NCBI GenBank assembly: GCA_963666285.1
Contig: OY762711.1
Direction: 5' to 3' (one strand)
DNA length: 64,000 bases
Origin: Sedimentisphaerales bacterium
GTDB lineage: Bacteria > Planctomycetota > Phycisphaerae > Sedimentisphaerales > SM23-30
The notes under the pieces were generated by a model that did not search any database, was not told the origin of the DNA, and was given only the letters and a program-made list of their open reading frames with translations. How positions within the stretch are numbered: the stretch's first letter is position 1; every line of letters starts with the position of its first letter. Both the position numbers and the translations under genes were made by a program. Below, piece by piece: positions 7,921-18,300 of this stretch.

Positions 7921-10260
7921 ATGAAAAAGGTAAAGGTAAGTGCATCGTCTAATTATTCAACTATTCTATTTCTGGTAATAATCACTTTATTATTTATGCC
8001 GGCGGTTCGTGCGGAAGATATTGATGAAAGCGAGGTAAGTGATCCTGCGTTAGAAGCACAGGATGAAGACCTGCTGGATCTTGACCTTAACGAACTGATG
8101 GAGATAGAGGTTTATACGGCTGCGAGTATAACCGAGAAAGACCCGTTAAAGATTCCGGCGAGTGTAACGGTGATAACAGCGGAAGATATCGCACGTACTC
8201 CGGCCCGAAATATTCTCGACCTGATGGAGATTTATGTGCCGGGAGCATTGTACCTGAACCATAGTACCGGACCACAGCCTGGGATAAGAGGTTTTATCGC
8301 GGATCGGCCATATAAGTTCCTGGTGACATTGAACGGGATAAATATAAATCTGCAGGCGCATTACGGTGCGCGACTGGAGCTGTTGAACTGGGATCTGAAC
8401 GATATCGAAAAGATCGAGATAATCCGCGGTCCGGGTTCGGTAACATACGGACCGGGCGCTATCGGCGGTGTTATTAATATTTACACAAAAACCGGAGCCA
8501 CAAGTGAGGGGACATCTTACGGCGGCACATTCTGGGATAAATATGACAGTATCGGCAATTATCTGAGCTATGGCAAAAAGACAAACGATGTAGAATTGTA
8601 CAGCTACCTGAGCGTAGTGCATACAACTGGTACCAGACCAGACCTGTACGGGATCGGTTCATCATCATACGGTTATGTAGGAGAACCGGGCGGCAGTTCC
8701 AGCCCGCCAGCAACATATATGGCAGATTTTTTTGACGAGCCAGAAGTAAAGGCGCATTTCGACATGCGATTCAATAAAAACTGGCGGTTCTGGGGCAGGT
8801 ACAGTTCGTCCTCATCAGAATTGGTTCAGGGATCGGCAATAAAATATAACTATGACGGCGGATATAAGGATTTTCGTCAGACAAGATATCGCTATTACCA
8901 GTTTGTCCTGGAAAATGACCATGTTTTCAGTGACGAATTCAGCATGAAATCAAAACTGGCATACAGCTCCAAGGATACACATAATATCGAAAAATTTGAC
9001 ACAGACAATACGATAGAAAATGATAAAAACAATTTGCAGAATATAGGCTGGATGTGGTCGGAGGATCAGTTGTACACCCAGCTGATGTTGAAGTTCAAGC
9101 CGGAAGAAGATTTTAAGGCAGCGATGGGCTTTGAGTTCAGCTATGACACGATCGGTCCGGGCTGGGGTAAAAATGCAGATAACGGTTTGATACTGGGTAA
9201 AGGTATGATAAGCGGTACCAGTTCTGATATGTATGGAACAGGTTACCGCCAGCTAACATCAGACAGTGAAAACTATTATGCAGTTGGAGACGGATGGGAA
9301 ACATACAGCCATGCGATTTTAGGCGAATTGAATTTCAAACCGTTTGAAAGAACAACGACAATACTATCATCCAGGCTGGACAAACACGAATATACCGACT
9401 ATATGCTTTCGCCAAGACTGGCGGTCATCCAGGAATTGAGAGAAAGGGAATATCTGAAGTTTATCGCACAGCGTTCGGTAAGGAGGAACACGGCAGAAGA
9501 GCTGTATATGAACCATGTAAACGGAGAAGACAATGACCCGGAAGAGTTGTCAACATATGAGTTAATTTACACGGGTAAACTTTTTGATAAGGTAACGTGC
9601 CAGGCATCGACATTTTATAATGACGCCGATGTAATCGCATACGATTTTGCACAGTCAAGAAGCAGTAATGTCGGAAGCCTACAGACATGGGGCCTGGAGC
9701 TGGAAGGCAGATACGACACTGAAGATTTCACCTTTGGAATAAACCACTCCTTTGTCAAACAGCTGGACTGGGAACTTGCCAGCGGAGTAGATGTGTCAGG
9801 GATAAGCTATTCGGACTATTATCGTGATGCCGGTGACGGTGTGATAATCACCTCGCAGGGTAACGATCTGAATAACTGGGCGAATCATGCCACGAAACTA
9901 TTTACAAATATTAACCTGCTGGAAGACCGGGTAAGCCTGCACACGGACCTGGTGACATTCTGGGGATTTGAAGGCCGCAAAGACGGACTTGACGCATTGA
10001 CAAATGGCGGTAGTACAAGTGCTGTAATAGATGCAATAAATGATCTTGATGTATATGATCTTGAGATGAAGGCGAATATCTCGTTAACATTCCATTTGAA
10101 TAAGAATGCAGACTTGTCGCTGTTCGGTCAGAATATCCCAGTTATCGGTGATAATAAGAGATATTCATATTCCTCGGGCTTTAAGAAAAGCTATCCGGAC
10201 AAAGTCAGCTGGATCGAAGAGCCGGCGGTCTTTGGTTTAAGGTTCAGGGCAACGTTTTGA
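7921..10260 (+). CDS. TonB-dependent outer-membrane receptor
   Basis: Signal peptide, plug motif IEKIEIIRGPGSVTYGPGAIGGVINIYTK, C-terminal beta-signal ending in Phe (LRFRATF). Confidence 0.9.
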   Translation: MKKVKVSASSNYSTILFLVIITLLFMPAVRAEDIDESEVSDPALEAQDEDLLDLDLNELMEIEVYTAASITEKDPLKIPASVTVITAEDIARTPARNILDLMEIYVPGALYLNHSTGPQPGIRGFIADRPYKFLVTLNGININLQAHYGARLELLNWDLNDIEKIEIIRGPGSVTYGPGAIGGVINIYTKTGATSEGTSYGGTFWDKYDSIGNYLSYGKKTNDVELYSYLSVVHTTGTRPDLYGIGSSSYGYVGEPGGSSSPPATYMADFFDEPEVKAHFDMRFNKNWRFWGRYSSSSSELVQGSAIKYNYDGGYKDFRQTRYRYYQFVLENDHVFSDEFSMKSKLAYSSKDTHNIEKFDTDNTIENDKNNLQNIGWMWSEDQLYTQLMLKFKPEEDFKAAMGFEFSYDTIGPGWGKNADNGLILGKGMISGTSSDMYGTGYRQLTSDSENYYAVGDGWETYSHAILGELNFKPFERTTTILSSRLDKHEYTDYMLSPRLAVIQELREREYLKFIAQRSVRRNTAEELYMNHVNGEDNDPEELSTYELIYTGKLFDKVTCQASTFYNDADVIAYDFAQSRSSNVGSLQTWGLELEGRYDTEDFTFGINHSFVKQLDWELASGVDVSGISYSDYYRDAGDGVIITSQGNDLNNWANHATKLFTNINLLEDRVSLHTDLVTFWGFEGRKDGLDALTNGGSTSAVIDAINDLDVYDLEMKANISLTFHLNKNADLSLFGQNIPVIGDNKRYSYSSGFKKSYPDKVSWIEEPAVFGLRFRATF

Positions 10261-10273
10261 TAAATCTAATAAT

Positions 10274-10298
10274 TCAAACTGACCGATGGCCGGTTTGA
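10274..10298. repeat. Palindrome family TCAAACTGACC, copy 2
   Basis: tcaaactgacc-gat-ggccggtttga, just after the receptor stop codon. Confidence 0.6.
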
Positions 10299-10398
10299 GA
10301 GGTATCAGTTGTAAGATATTGGGTATTAGGCATAGAAGCGAGAAGTTAATACCTGACGCCAGTCAAAGTTGAAACCGAGCAAAACCGGAGAATAAATT

Positions 10399-10593
10399 TT
10401 ACAATTTCCATGCCTTAGCGAAAGCCTGGAAGCTTCGGTCGTAAGTTTTTTCGACATTGCCAGGAAATGCGCATGCCGGGAGCTGTTTGTTACGCAGATG
10501 ATACTGGAGGCAGTCGCAGCATACCCCTTTACGTGAGCAGCCGGGATACGAACAATTACAAGATTCCATATTCTTATCTTTTTTACATTCCAT
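10399..10593 (-). CDS. Small Cys-rich protein (DUF6485-like)
   Basis: CNCSYPGCSRKGVCCDCLQYH...LPACAFP pattern; GGAG RBS upstream. Confidence 0.75.
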   Translation of the reverse strand: MECKKDKNMESCNCSYPGCSRKGVCCDCLQYHLRNKQLPACAFPGNVEKTYDRSFQAFAKAWKL

Positions 10594-10703
10594 ATTAACA
10601 TCTCCGGAAGTTTAACTCTTTTAATATCACACCTTTATAGTGCGGTTTATGCTACGCATCAATATACGGGGAGCTATTTCTCGAAAGTATTTTAATACAA
10701 AGC

Positions 10704-10757
10704 GTTGCAGAAAGTCCCTTTTAGGCGATTTACCGAAAGGCACTTCGTTATTGCAAC
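10704..10757. repeat. ~54-bp dispersed element bounded by GTTGCA...TGCAAC, copy 1
   Basis: Near-identical copies at 26100-26152 and 36570-36622. Confidence 0.8.
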
Positions 10758-10921
10758 TTAAAAACTGCGAAAATTAACTATTGAGCAGCAAAATATTATA
10801 CATATTTTTTGCTTTTGTACAATTGCCAACCATATAATGAGGTGAAAATAAGGTAAGAGTTTATGTATTTAACATAAACAGTAAACAAATAAAAAACTAA
10901 AGATCAAGGAGTACAAAAATT

Positions 10922-11296
10922 ATGGCAAGTGTAAAACTGTATAACAAAACCGGTGATGCAAAAGCTCAGGCAGTTCAGGGTGAATTAGAAAAGGCATTTG
11001 GCGGGCTACCAGAAGTATTTCAGGCGATGGGCCGAAACGGAGATTTCCTGGAAGCCATTCTGGGTCTGGCAGAGAAAGCCGGTGCGGGACTTGACGATAA
11101 GACCAAAGAGCTGATCTGCATCGCGGTAAGTGCGGTTAACGGATGCGGCTATTGCGTAGATGCACATCGAGCGTTAGCATTGAAGGCAGGTGTTACAGAT
11201 GAAGAAGTAACCGCAGCTATCGAAGTTGCTGCAGCAATGAGTGCTTTCAATAAATTTAACGGAGCGATCGGGCTCAATCACGATATAAAAGCGTAA
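10922..11296 (+). CDS. AhpD/carboxymuconolactone decarboxylase family protein
   Basis: KELICIAVSAVNGCGYCVDAH (CxxCxxxH); AGGAG RBS. Confidence 0.9.
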   Translation: MASVKLYNKTGDAKAQAVQGELEKAFGGLPEVFQAMGRNGDFLEAILGLAEKAGAGLDDKTKELICIAVSAVNGCGYCVDAHRALALKAGVTDEEVTAAIEVAAAMSAFNKFNGAIGLNHDIKA

Positions 11297-11480
11297 GAAG
11301 AGTTAGGAGAAAGAAGCGAGAAGTTAGAAGTATTTTGTCGCTGAAGCGGCCTTTATAACTGACGCAGAAATTATTGTTATAAATTTTGGGGTGGGAATTA
11401 TTATATGGGGATGGGCGGCAGGCTTTGATTGAGCTTGTCGCCCATATTTTAATAAACGACATAAAGCAGTTAATTAAAAA

Positions 11481-11542
11481 AAGTGAATAACGAAGAGTTA
11501 AGGTGTCTGCCTAAGGCCGGCCTTGTATTAAATGCTGATACG
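11481..11542 (+). repeat. Heptamer-run + AGTTAAGGTGT + hairpin element
   Basis: aagtgaataacgaagagttaaggtgtctgcctaaggccggccttgtatt; relatives at 26020, 27505, 30091 and 36494. Confidence 0.65.
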
Positions 11543-11587
11543 AAAAGGGATACGGCTGGAGTTGGTTATCCTGAAATTGCGGGATGA

Positions 11588-12436
11588 TTATTTTAACAGG
11601 CCTTCGACGAACTCGCGTGCATCGGCGAGTTTCATTTTATAGGTTTTCCTGGCAAGCTTGGTAGCGGCCATAATATTGCCCCGTTCGGCAAGTTTAATGA
11701 TATTGTCTTCGGCTTTTGCCTTATCCTTTTTGTCACGGCCGGTTGTGTCTATGACTTCTTTTATGGTCGGAGCGACAGTGACATTATATTCACGAAAGGC
11801 ATCGAGTACTTTTTTGATGCCAGGTACAACGATGTCGGTGGGCGAGCGCCATTCGATTCTGACGGTATCTTCATCGACAACGGCGACGGGATAATGGTTA
11901 TTTTTGAAGCTGCCGTGCCTGGTTTTGATCCGCTTTTTACGCTCTTCTTTGATCTGGTCCTTAAGCTGGGTGAGGTCGGGCCTGGCGAAATTTATGTCGA
12001 GGAAGGTGTGGAACGAAGTGCTTGTCGAGTTGCCGGAGCTATAAGCTATTATCCGCTGTTTGGTGATATTGACAGATTTGATTTCGGAGCAGGAGAAGGA
12101 GACAATCTGTTTGTCGTTAGCAGGCAGGTCGGAATTGAGATATGACCTGAACTTGACATAGACGCTGGAAAGCCCGATCGCGAGCAGCCAGTTGGTTTCG
12201 GCGAGAGATTTTCTGAAGTTATTGAAAATGACCCAGATAAAACAAGAAAAGATCAGTATGCAGATCGAAATTATAATCATACCGAATCCGGGTGTGTTTT
12301 TCTGCCAGAGAAACCAGCCCGAACCGATTACTATTGCCAGTATGAGCAGCAGGAATATTAGATTAGCAATTGCTGACTGCTTGAACCTGCGATAGTCGCC
12401 GGTGAGATTGACTTCATTTAAGGAATGCAGAAGCAT
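11588..12436 (-). CDS. Membrane protein with C-terminal L7/L12-CTD-like motif
   Basis: Two N-terminal TM helices; C-terminal GNIMAATKLARKTYKMKLADAREFVE. Confidence 0.6.
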   Translation of the reverse strand: MLLHSLNEVNLTGDYRRFKQSAIANLIFLLLILAIVIGSGWFLWQKNTPGFGMIIISICILIFSCFIWVIFNNFRKSLAETNWLLAIGLSSVYVKFRSYLNSDLPANDKQIVSFSCSEIKSVNITKQRIIAYSSGNSTSTSFHTFLDINFARPDLTQLKDQIKEERKKRIKTRHGSFKNNHYPVAVVDEDTVRIEWRSPTDIVVPGIKKVLDAFREYNVTVAPTIKEVIDTTGRDKKDKAKAEDNIIKLAERGNIMAATKLARKTYKMKLADAREFVEGLLK

Positions 12437-12576
12437 AATATCTTCCTATCAGAGTATATAATAGATTTCGCACTTTTAGGCGGCCTTTAGTTTCGCTGAG
12501 CCGTTCAGTTTGCACAGGGTAAAAAGCAAACTCGCATACCCTATGCAAACCTGACGGTTATATATGATAACAGACT

Positions 12577-13359
12577 TTATTCGCCCATAAGTTTTTTGAT
12601 AGCAGGCTCCATAGCATCGGCCCAGATCTGATAGCCTTTTTCACGCGGATGGAGCAGGTCGGGCATAATCTCCCTGGTGAGGACATTATCCTTATTGAGA
12701 AATGCACTATTTATATCGAGATAGAAAATATTTTTACCGTCAGCTATGGCAGAGGCAAGAGTGCCGGCACTGTTGTTCTTGGCCCATTGCAAGTTAAACG
12801 GAGCGTCGTGTTTTTTGTCTTTACGCTGGTTAGCATCACCACGCGGGAATATGGCGAGGATGAGGATTTTGGTTTCGGGGAGTCTGCCGCGAATCTCGGC
12901 ACAGATAGCCTTGATGCCGTCAGCAATTTCCTGCGAGGTATTGTCTTCGCCATTTGAATTATTAGTGCCAATCATAATGACGGCAAGTTTGGGATTTATG
13001 CCGTCGAGCTCGCCGTTCTGCAACCGCCAGAGAACATGCTGGGTGCGGTCGCCGCTAAAGCCCATATTGACAGCATTACGGGGAGCATAGTATTTGTCCC
13101 AGATAGCCCTGCCGCTATTTTCCCAGCCGTGAGTAATAGAGTCACCAATCATAATCAGGTCTACATTGCCCTCGGCGTTGCGTTTGATGATGTTTTCATG
13201 GCGAGGCATCCACCAGTTCTGGTCCGGGCGTGGAGCCGGGGTAACGGCAGAATGAGTTTTGCCCTCAAGGCCAAATGGATCTTTGGGCTGGGACTCCATA
13301 CATCCGGTAAATGCTACCATCATAATTAGAGCCAGAGAGACAAATGCGTTTTTTTTCAT
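12577..13359 (-). CDS. SGNH/GDSL esterase lipoprotein (PAF-acetylhydrolase IB-like)
   Basis: Lipobox (FTGC), GDSIT, GFSGDRTQ, IGTNN, DLLHP. Confidence 0.9.
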   Translation of the reverse strand: MKKNAFVSLALIMMVAFTGCMESQPKDPFGLEGKTHSAVTPAPRPDQNWWMPRHENIIKRNAEGNVDLIMIGDSITHGWENSGRAIWDKYYAPRNAVNMGFSGDRTQHVLWRLQNGELDGINPKLAVIMIGTNNSNGEDNTSQEIADGIKAICAEIRGRLPETKILILAIFPRGDANQRKDKKHDAPFNLQWAKNNSAGTLASAIADGKNIFYLDINSAFLNKDNVLTREIMPDLLHPREKGYQIWADAMEPAIKKLMGE

Positions 13360-13379
13360 TTTGGTTCCTTTCGTTTGAT

Positions 13380-13407
13380 GTTCAAACTGACTGATATCAG
13401 CTTGAAC
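13380..13407. repeat. Palindrome family TCAAACTGACC, copy 3
   Basis: gttcaaactgac-tgat-atcagcttgaac. Confidence 0.55.
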
Positions 13408-13814
13408 AGGTATATAGGTATTAATAAAAGTGAATAACTAAGAGTGAAAAGTTCTGGTGTTCACATCGTTCACACATAATTTAAAGCTAACGCAAAAATA
13501 TTTACTTTACAATTCATTACAATAAAATAATTTACAGCAAGGCCATTGATATTCTTCGATGAACTCAGGGCAGGCGGAAAACTTATTTAAATTGTTATAT
13601 AATTGACCGTATTAATGTTGCAATTTTGAGATAATTACATTTTTCTATAATTCATTACATTTATATTTTAGCAACTTAAAATATGATTGCCATTGTTTTA
13701 AAATCATGAACTATTAAACTATTCTTTTAGTATAAAAATATGGAAACCTAGAAGAATTCATTTTGAGCAAAAGAAGATTCTTTTGTTTTCCGGTCAATTT
13801 GAGCTAATAAAAAC

Positions 13815-14222
13815 ATGATGAAATCACAAATTAATCGAAATCGTATATGGTATATATTATTGTTTGCAGGAGCGATAGCAGCCGGCCTGCTATCGCGCAG
13901 TAAATATATATCGCTGCCGAAGTTCATTTCTGAATATTCAGGCGATACAATCTGGGCAATGATGGTGTATTTCCTGTTTTGCAGTATATTTACAAAATGG
14001 AAGACGTTACATATATTTATCCTGGCGATAATATTCAGTTATGCGATAGAATTTTCGCAGCTTTATCATGCCGACTGGATAGACCAGATAAGGCGATACC
14101 GGATCGGCGGGCTTATACTGGGGTTTGGCTTTAAGTTCAGTGACCTGGTATGCTATACAGTCGGGATAGGGGCCGGTGCGATAATAGATATTATTTTGAA
14201 TTCGAGCAAGACAAAAAAATAG
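13815..14222 (+). CDS. DUF2809-family membrane protein
   Basis: GDTIWAMMVY, IEFSQLYHADWIDQIR, LILGFGFKFSDLVCY. Confidence 0.85.
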   Translation: MMKSQINRNRIWYILLFAGAIAAGLLSRSKYISLPKFISEYSGDTIWAMMVYFLFCSIFTKWKTLHIFILAIIFSYAIEFSQLYHADWIDQIRRYRIGGLILGFGFKFSDLVCYTVGIGAGAIIDIILNSSKTKK

Positions 14223-14312
14223 TCAGAATAATAACATTTGCATTATTCTAACATAATCTGCTACAATCTATTGTAAATTGGAACAGAGAACTATAAAGAG
14301 AGTGCATGCCTT

Positions 14313-14966
14313 ATGAATAATACGATAGAAGACAAGATATACAGTTATTCTACAGATGAACAGATAGCCAGCGCGATAAGCCACGGAATAGGAGCGATGC
14401 TGGCGATTGCCGGGCTGGTGGTGCTGGTAGTATCGGCAGCATTGCAAGGCAGTGCGATAAAAGTCGTGAGTTTTTCGATATACGGGGCATCGCTGTTTAT
14501 ACTAATGCTCTGTTCGACGCTGTACCATTCGATCCCGCATATCCCGACCCAGCGAATCCTGCGTATTTTTGACCACAGTTCGATATATCTGCTGATTGCA
14601 GGGACGTACACGCCGTTTGCACTAGTGACAATAGACGGCGGCTGGGGCTGGAGTCTATTTGGCGTAATATGGGGCCTGGCGATATTCGGCATTATAATGA
14701 AGATATTCTTCACCGGCCGGTTTGAGAAGCTCAGCCTGCTGACGTATGGATTGATGGGCTGGCTGGTAGTAATAGCAATTAAGCCGTTTATCTCTTCTAT
14801 TTCAACTGTCGGTTTATGTCTAACTGTAGCAGGAGGAGTGGTTTATACCGCCGGGATAGTATTTTACGCGGTCGAGAAAATAAAGTACAACCATGCCATC
14901 TGGCACCTGTTTGTATTAGGCGGCGCAGTGTGTCATTTCTTTGCGATATATCTTTCAGTGCTTTAG
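14313..14966 (+). CDS. Hemolysin III/PAQR family membrane protein
   Basis: SHGIG, STLYHS, DHSSIYLLIAGTYTP, HAIWHLFVLGG...HF. Confidence 0.93.
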   Translation: MNNTIEDKIYSYSTDEQIASAISHGIGAMLAIAGLVVLVVSAALQGSAIKVVSFSIYGASLFILMLCSTLYHSIPHIPTQRILRIFDHSSIYLLIAGTYTPFALVTIDGGWGWSLFGVIWGLAIFGIIMKIFFTGRFEKLSLLTYGLMGWLVVIAIKPFISSISTVGLCLTVAGGVVYTAGIVFYAVEKIKYNHAIWHLFVLGGAVCHFFAIYLSVL

Positions 14967-14976
14967 AATCAGTTAC

Positions 14977-15002
14977 TCGAACTGACTAATTGGCCAGTAT
15001 GT
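14977..15002. repeat. Palindrome family TCAAACTGACC, degenerate copy 4
   Basis: tcgaactgact-aat-tggccagtatgt. Confidence 0.4.
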
Positions 15003-15365
15003 AAGTTATTATTTACCAGGCATTTGGTATTTACAGCTGATATATATCGAACATCTTTGAAATATATGATCCCAACCAATTCACACCCAAGCATATTAAT
15101 AGTTTCTCCTTGCGGTTGTTAAGGCATAAGTCTAAATACACGATAAGGTAAAAGTGCAGCGCGAAATAATAAAGCTGTAATACCCCACTGGGCGGGGGAA
15201 GATTAATAATCGCCATAACTACCTATAAATAATAACCTTGCTGATACAGGTAAAAATTTTTTGGTTAATTAGACCGAAAAATGGTCATTTATTAGTAGAG
15301 AGAATGAGTATTGTCGCTGTAAAGGCAATAGAAAAGTAACTGTAGAGCAGGTAAAGGAACTCGAG

Positions 15366-18300
15366 ATGAAATTCAAACTACTTCTTCTTATGTTAGTATT
15401 TTCGCTTTGCTGTCCGGCGATGGCATGGGAAATGAAACAAGGCCCGCTGATGACTCGCTGGGCCAGCCAAATTGACGTTAATAACCCATTTCCTGACTAC
15501 CCAAAGCCACAGATGGTGCGTGCTGAGTGGCTGAACCTGAACGGCATCTGGCAGTTCCAGTCCGGCTCTGAAGGAGATGCAGCACCAATTGGCCAGAACC
15601 TGTCTGATGAAATTTTGGTGCCATTTGCGATGGAGTCGGCAATATCAGGTGTAATGGAACATCATGAGAGAGCCTGGTATCGCAGGACATTTGAAGTTCC
15701 CGCCGGATGGTCTGATAAAAATATAATTCTACACCTGGACGCCGTGGACTGGGAATCAGAAATTTTTGTAAACGGCAACAGTGCAGCAGTACATCAGGGT
15801 GGTTACGACCCAATAATACTGGACATTACACCGTACCTGACCGCAAGCGGACCACAGGAGTTGATAGTAAGAGTATATGATGCAACAGACTACCTGGGCG
15901 TACCACGCGGCAAACAGACACTTTACCCGGGTGGAATCATGTACACCTCGGTAAGCGGCATCTGGCAGAGCGTGTGGCTGGAACCGGTTGCCCCAGCCGG
16001 AATCGAAAACATCAGGATGGTACCAGACATAGATACAGCAACACTGAACCTTCGAGTAAACAGTTATTCTGATGCCGGTAATCTTACAACAAATATTATA
16101 GTTAAAAGTGAAGGTCAGGAAGTAACAAGTATCTCCGGCAATGCCAACACTGACCTGACGATCTCAATTCCTGACCAGCGATTGTGGTCACCTGATGATC
16201 CGTTCCTTTATGACCTTGAAATTACATTGCTGGAAGACGGTAGTCCAATTGATTATATCGAGAGTTACTTTGGCATGCGTAAATCATCACTGGGAATAGA
16301 TGATGACGGTATAATAAAGATGTTTTTGAATAATGAGTTTGTCTTCCAGATGGGTCCGCTGGACCAGGGCTGGTGGCCGGACGGTTTGTATACCGCTCCA
16401 ACAGAAGAAGCTTTGAAATATGATATTGAGATGACCAAGGCTTACGGTTTTAATATGACACGTAAGCATATCAAGGTTGAGCCGGCGAGATGGTATTACT
16501 GGTGTGATAAGATTGGAATTATGGTATGGCAGGATATGCCGAGCTCGAACTCTTATACGGGAAACCCTCAGCCGATCCAGGAAGCCCAGTTTGAGCTGGA
16601 GCTGGACCGCATGATGGATAATTTATGGAATGTGCCATCGATTATCAGCTGGGTAGTATTTAACGAAAGCCAGGGCCAGCATAATACAGAATACTATGTA
16701 AATAAGGTAAAGGCCAAAGATCCAAGCCGCCTGGTAAACCAGGCCAGCGGCGGCAGTCATTATGGTGTTGGCGACATTCTTGACTACCACAGCTATCCGC
16801 CACCAAACTATCCGGTAAGTGATACCATGGCGCGCGCGTGTGGTGAATACGGTGGAATCGGTTATATAATAGACGGTCATTTATGGAACCCTGACCTGGC
16901 AACGGGAATCTATTCAAACACAAATAACGCCATGGAGCAGATGAACCGTTACGATGAATATATCGATATGCTGCTGAATTTCAAAGTTAACTATGGCCTG
17001 AGCGCGGCGGTATACACAGAGATAACCGACGTAGAAAATGAAGTTAACGGTTTGATGACATATGACCGTACAATAAAACAGAATGTCCAGACAATCGCAA
17101 ATTCGAATACAAAAGCGATCACCGGCGATATCGAAATCAGCGTAATAGTACCAAACTCAAGTGACAATCGTCAGAGATGGTCATACACGACCAATGAGCC
17201 ATCAGGTAACTGGTATGAAACTGATTTTGACGTCAGCAGCTGGAGCAGCGGTTATGCGGGATTCGGCGGAGATAACCCGCCCAATGCGAATATTCGCACC
17301 ACATGGAACACAGCAGATATCTGGCTCCGCAGAGAATTCGAACTTGGCAGCCTGTCCCCTGCGGAGGTAGAACTACTGGTTCTGGATATGTATCATGATG
17401 AAGATTGCGAGGTATATATCAACGGCGTACTCGCGTCAGAGAGAACCGGTTATGTAACCAACTATACCCCGATACAAATATCAAGCGAAGCTAAATCCGC
17501 ATTGATATTAAACGGGACAAATACAATTGCCATCCACTGTCATCAGACAACGGGCGGACAGTATATTGATGCCGGGTTATCGACTGTCAAGGTGCTAGTA
17601 AACGCACCGTTTGTGCCGGAAGACTATATAGGCTGGTGGCAGCTGGAAGAAACGTCAGGTACAACAGCAGCAGATATCGCGGGTAATAATAACGGAACGG
17701 TTAGCGGAGCAAGCTGGTCCAGTTCTGGAAAGATCGGCAGCTGTATCTCATTTGACGGGATAGACGATTATGTCGAGATCGAACGCCAAATAGCAGATAA
17801 TTTCAGTATCTCATTCTGGGCAAAGACAAGTCAGACAGCCGCAGGCAGCGAACAATGGTGGCAAGGAAACGGAATAATAGATGCCGATATACCATTCCAG
17901 GCAGATGATTTCGGGATAACATTGTTTAACAATACATTTGCTTTTGGCGTAGGAAACCAGGATAAGACAATCGTAGGTTCAACAGTAGTAAATGACGGGG
18001 CCTGGCATCATTGTACAGCAACCCGCAATTCAGAGAGCGGATTAATAAGCCTGTATATAGATGGTGTTCTGCAAGCCCAGGATTATGCAAATACCGCAGC
18101 ATTGACATCATCTGCAACAATAAAATTCGGAACTATGAACCCAATCGAACATTTTTATGAAGGTCAGTTGGACGAAGTAAAAATATATGACAGGGAACTG
18201 GGCGATAAGGAAATCATGGCGTTATTTGCTAATACAAATTCCGCTCCAGAAGCTCCGACAGATATCGACGCTTATGATGCCAGTCAGTCGGTAACAATAG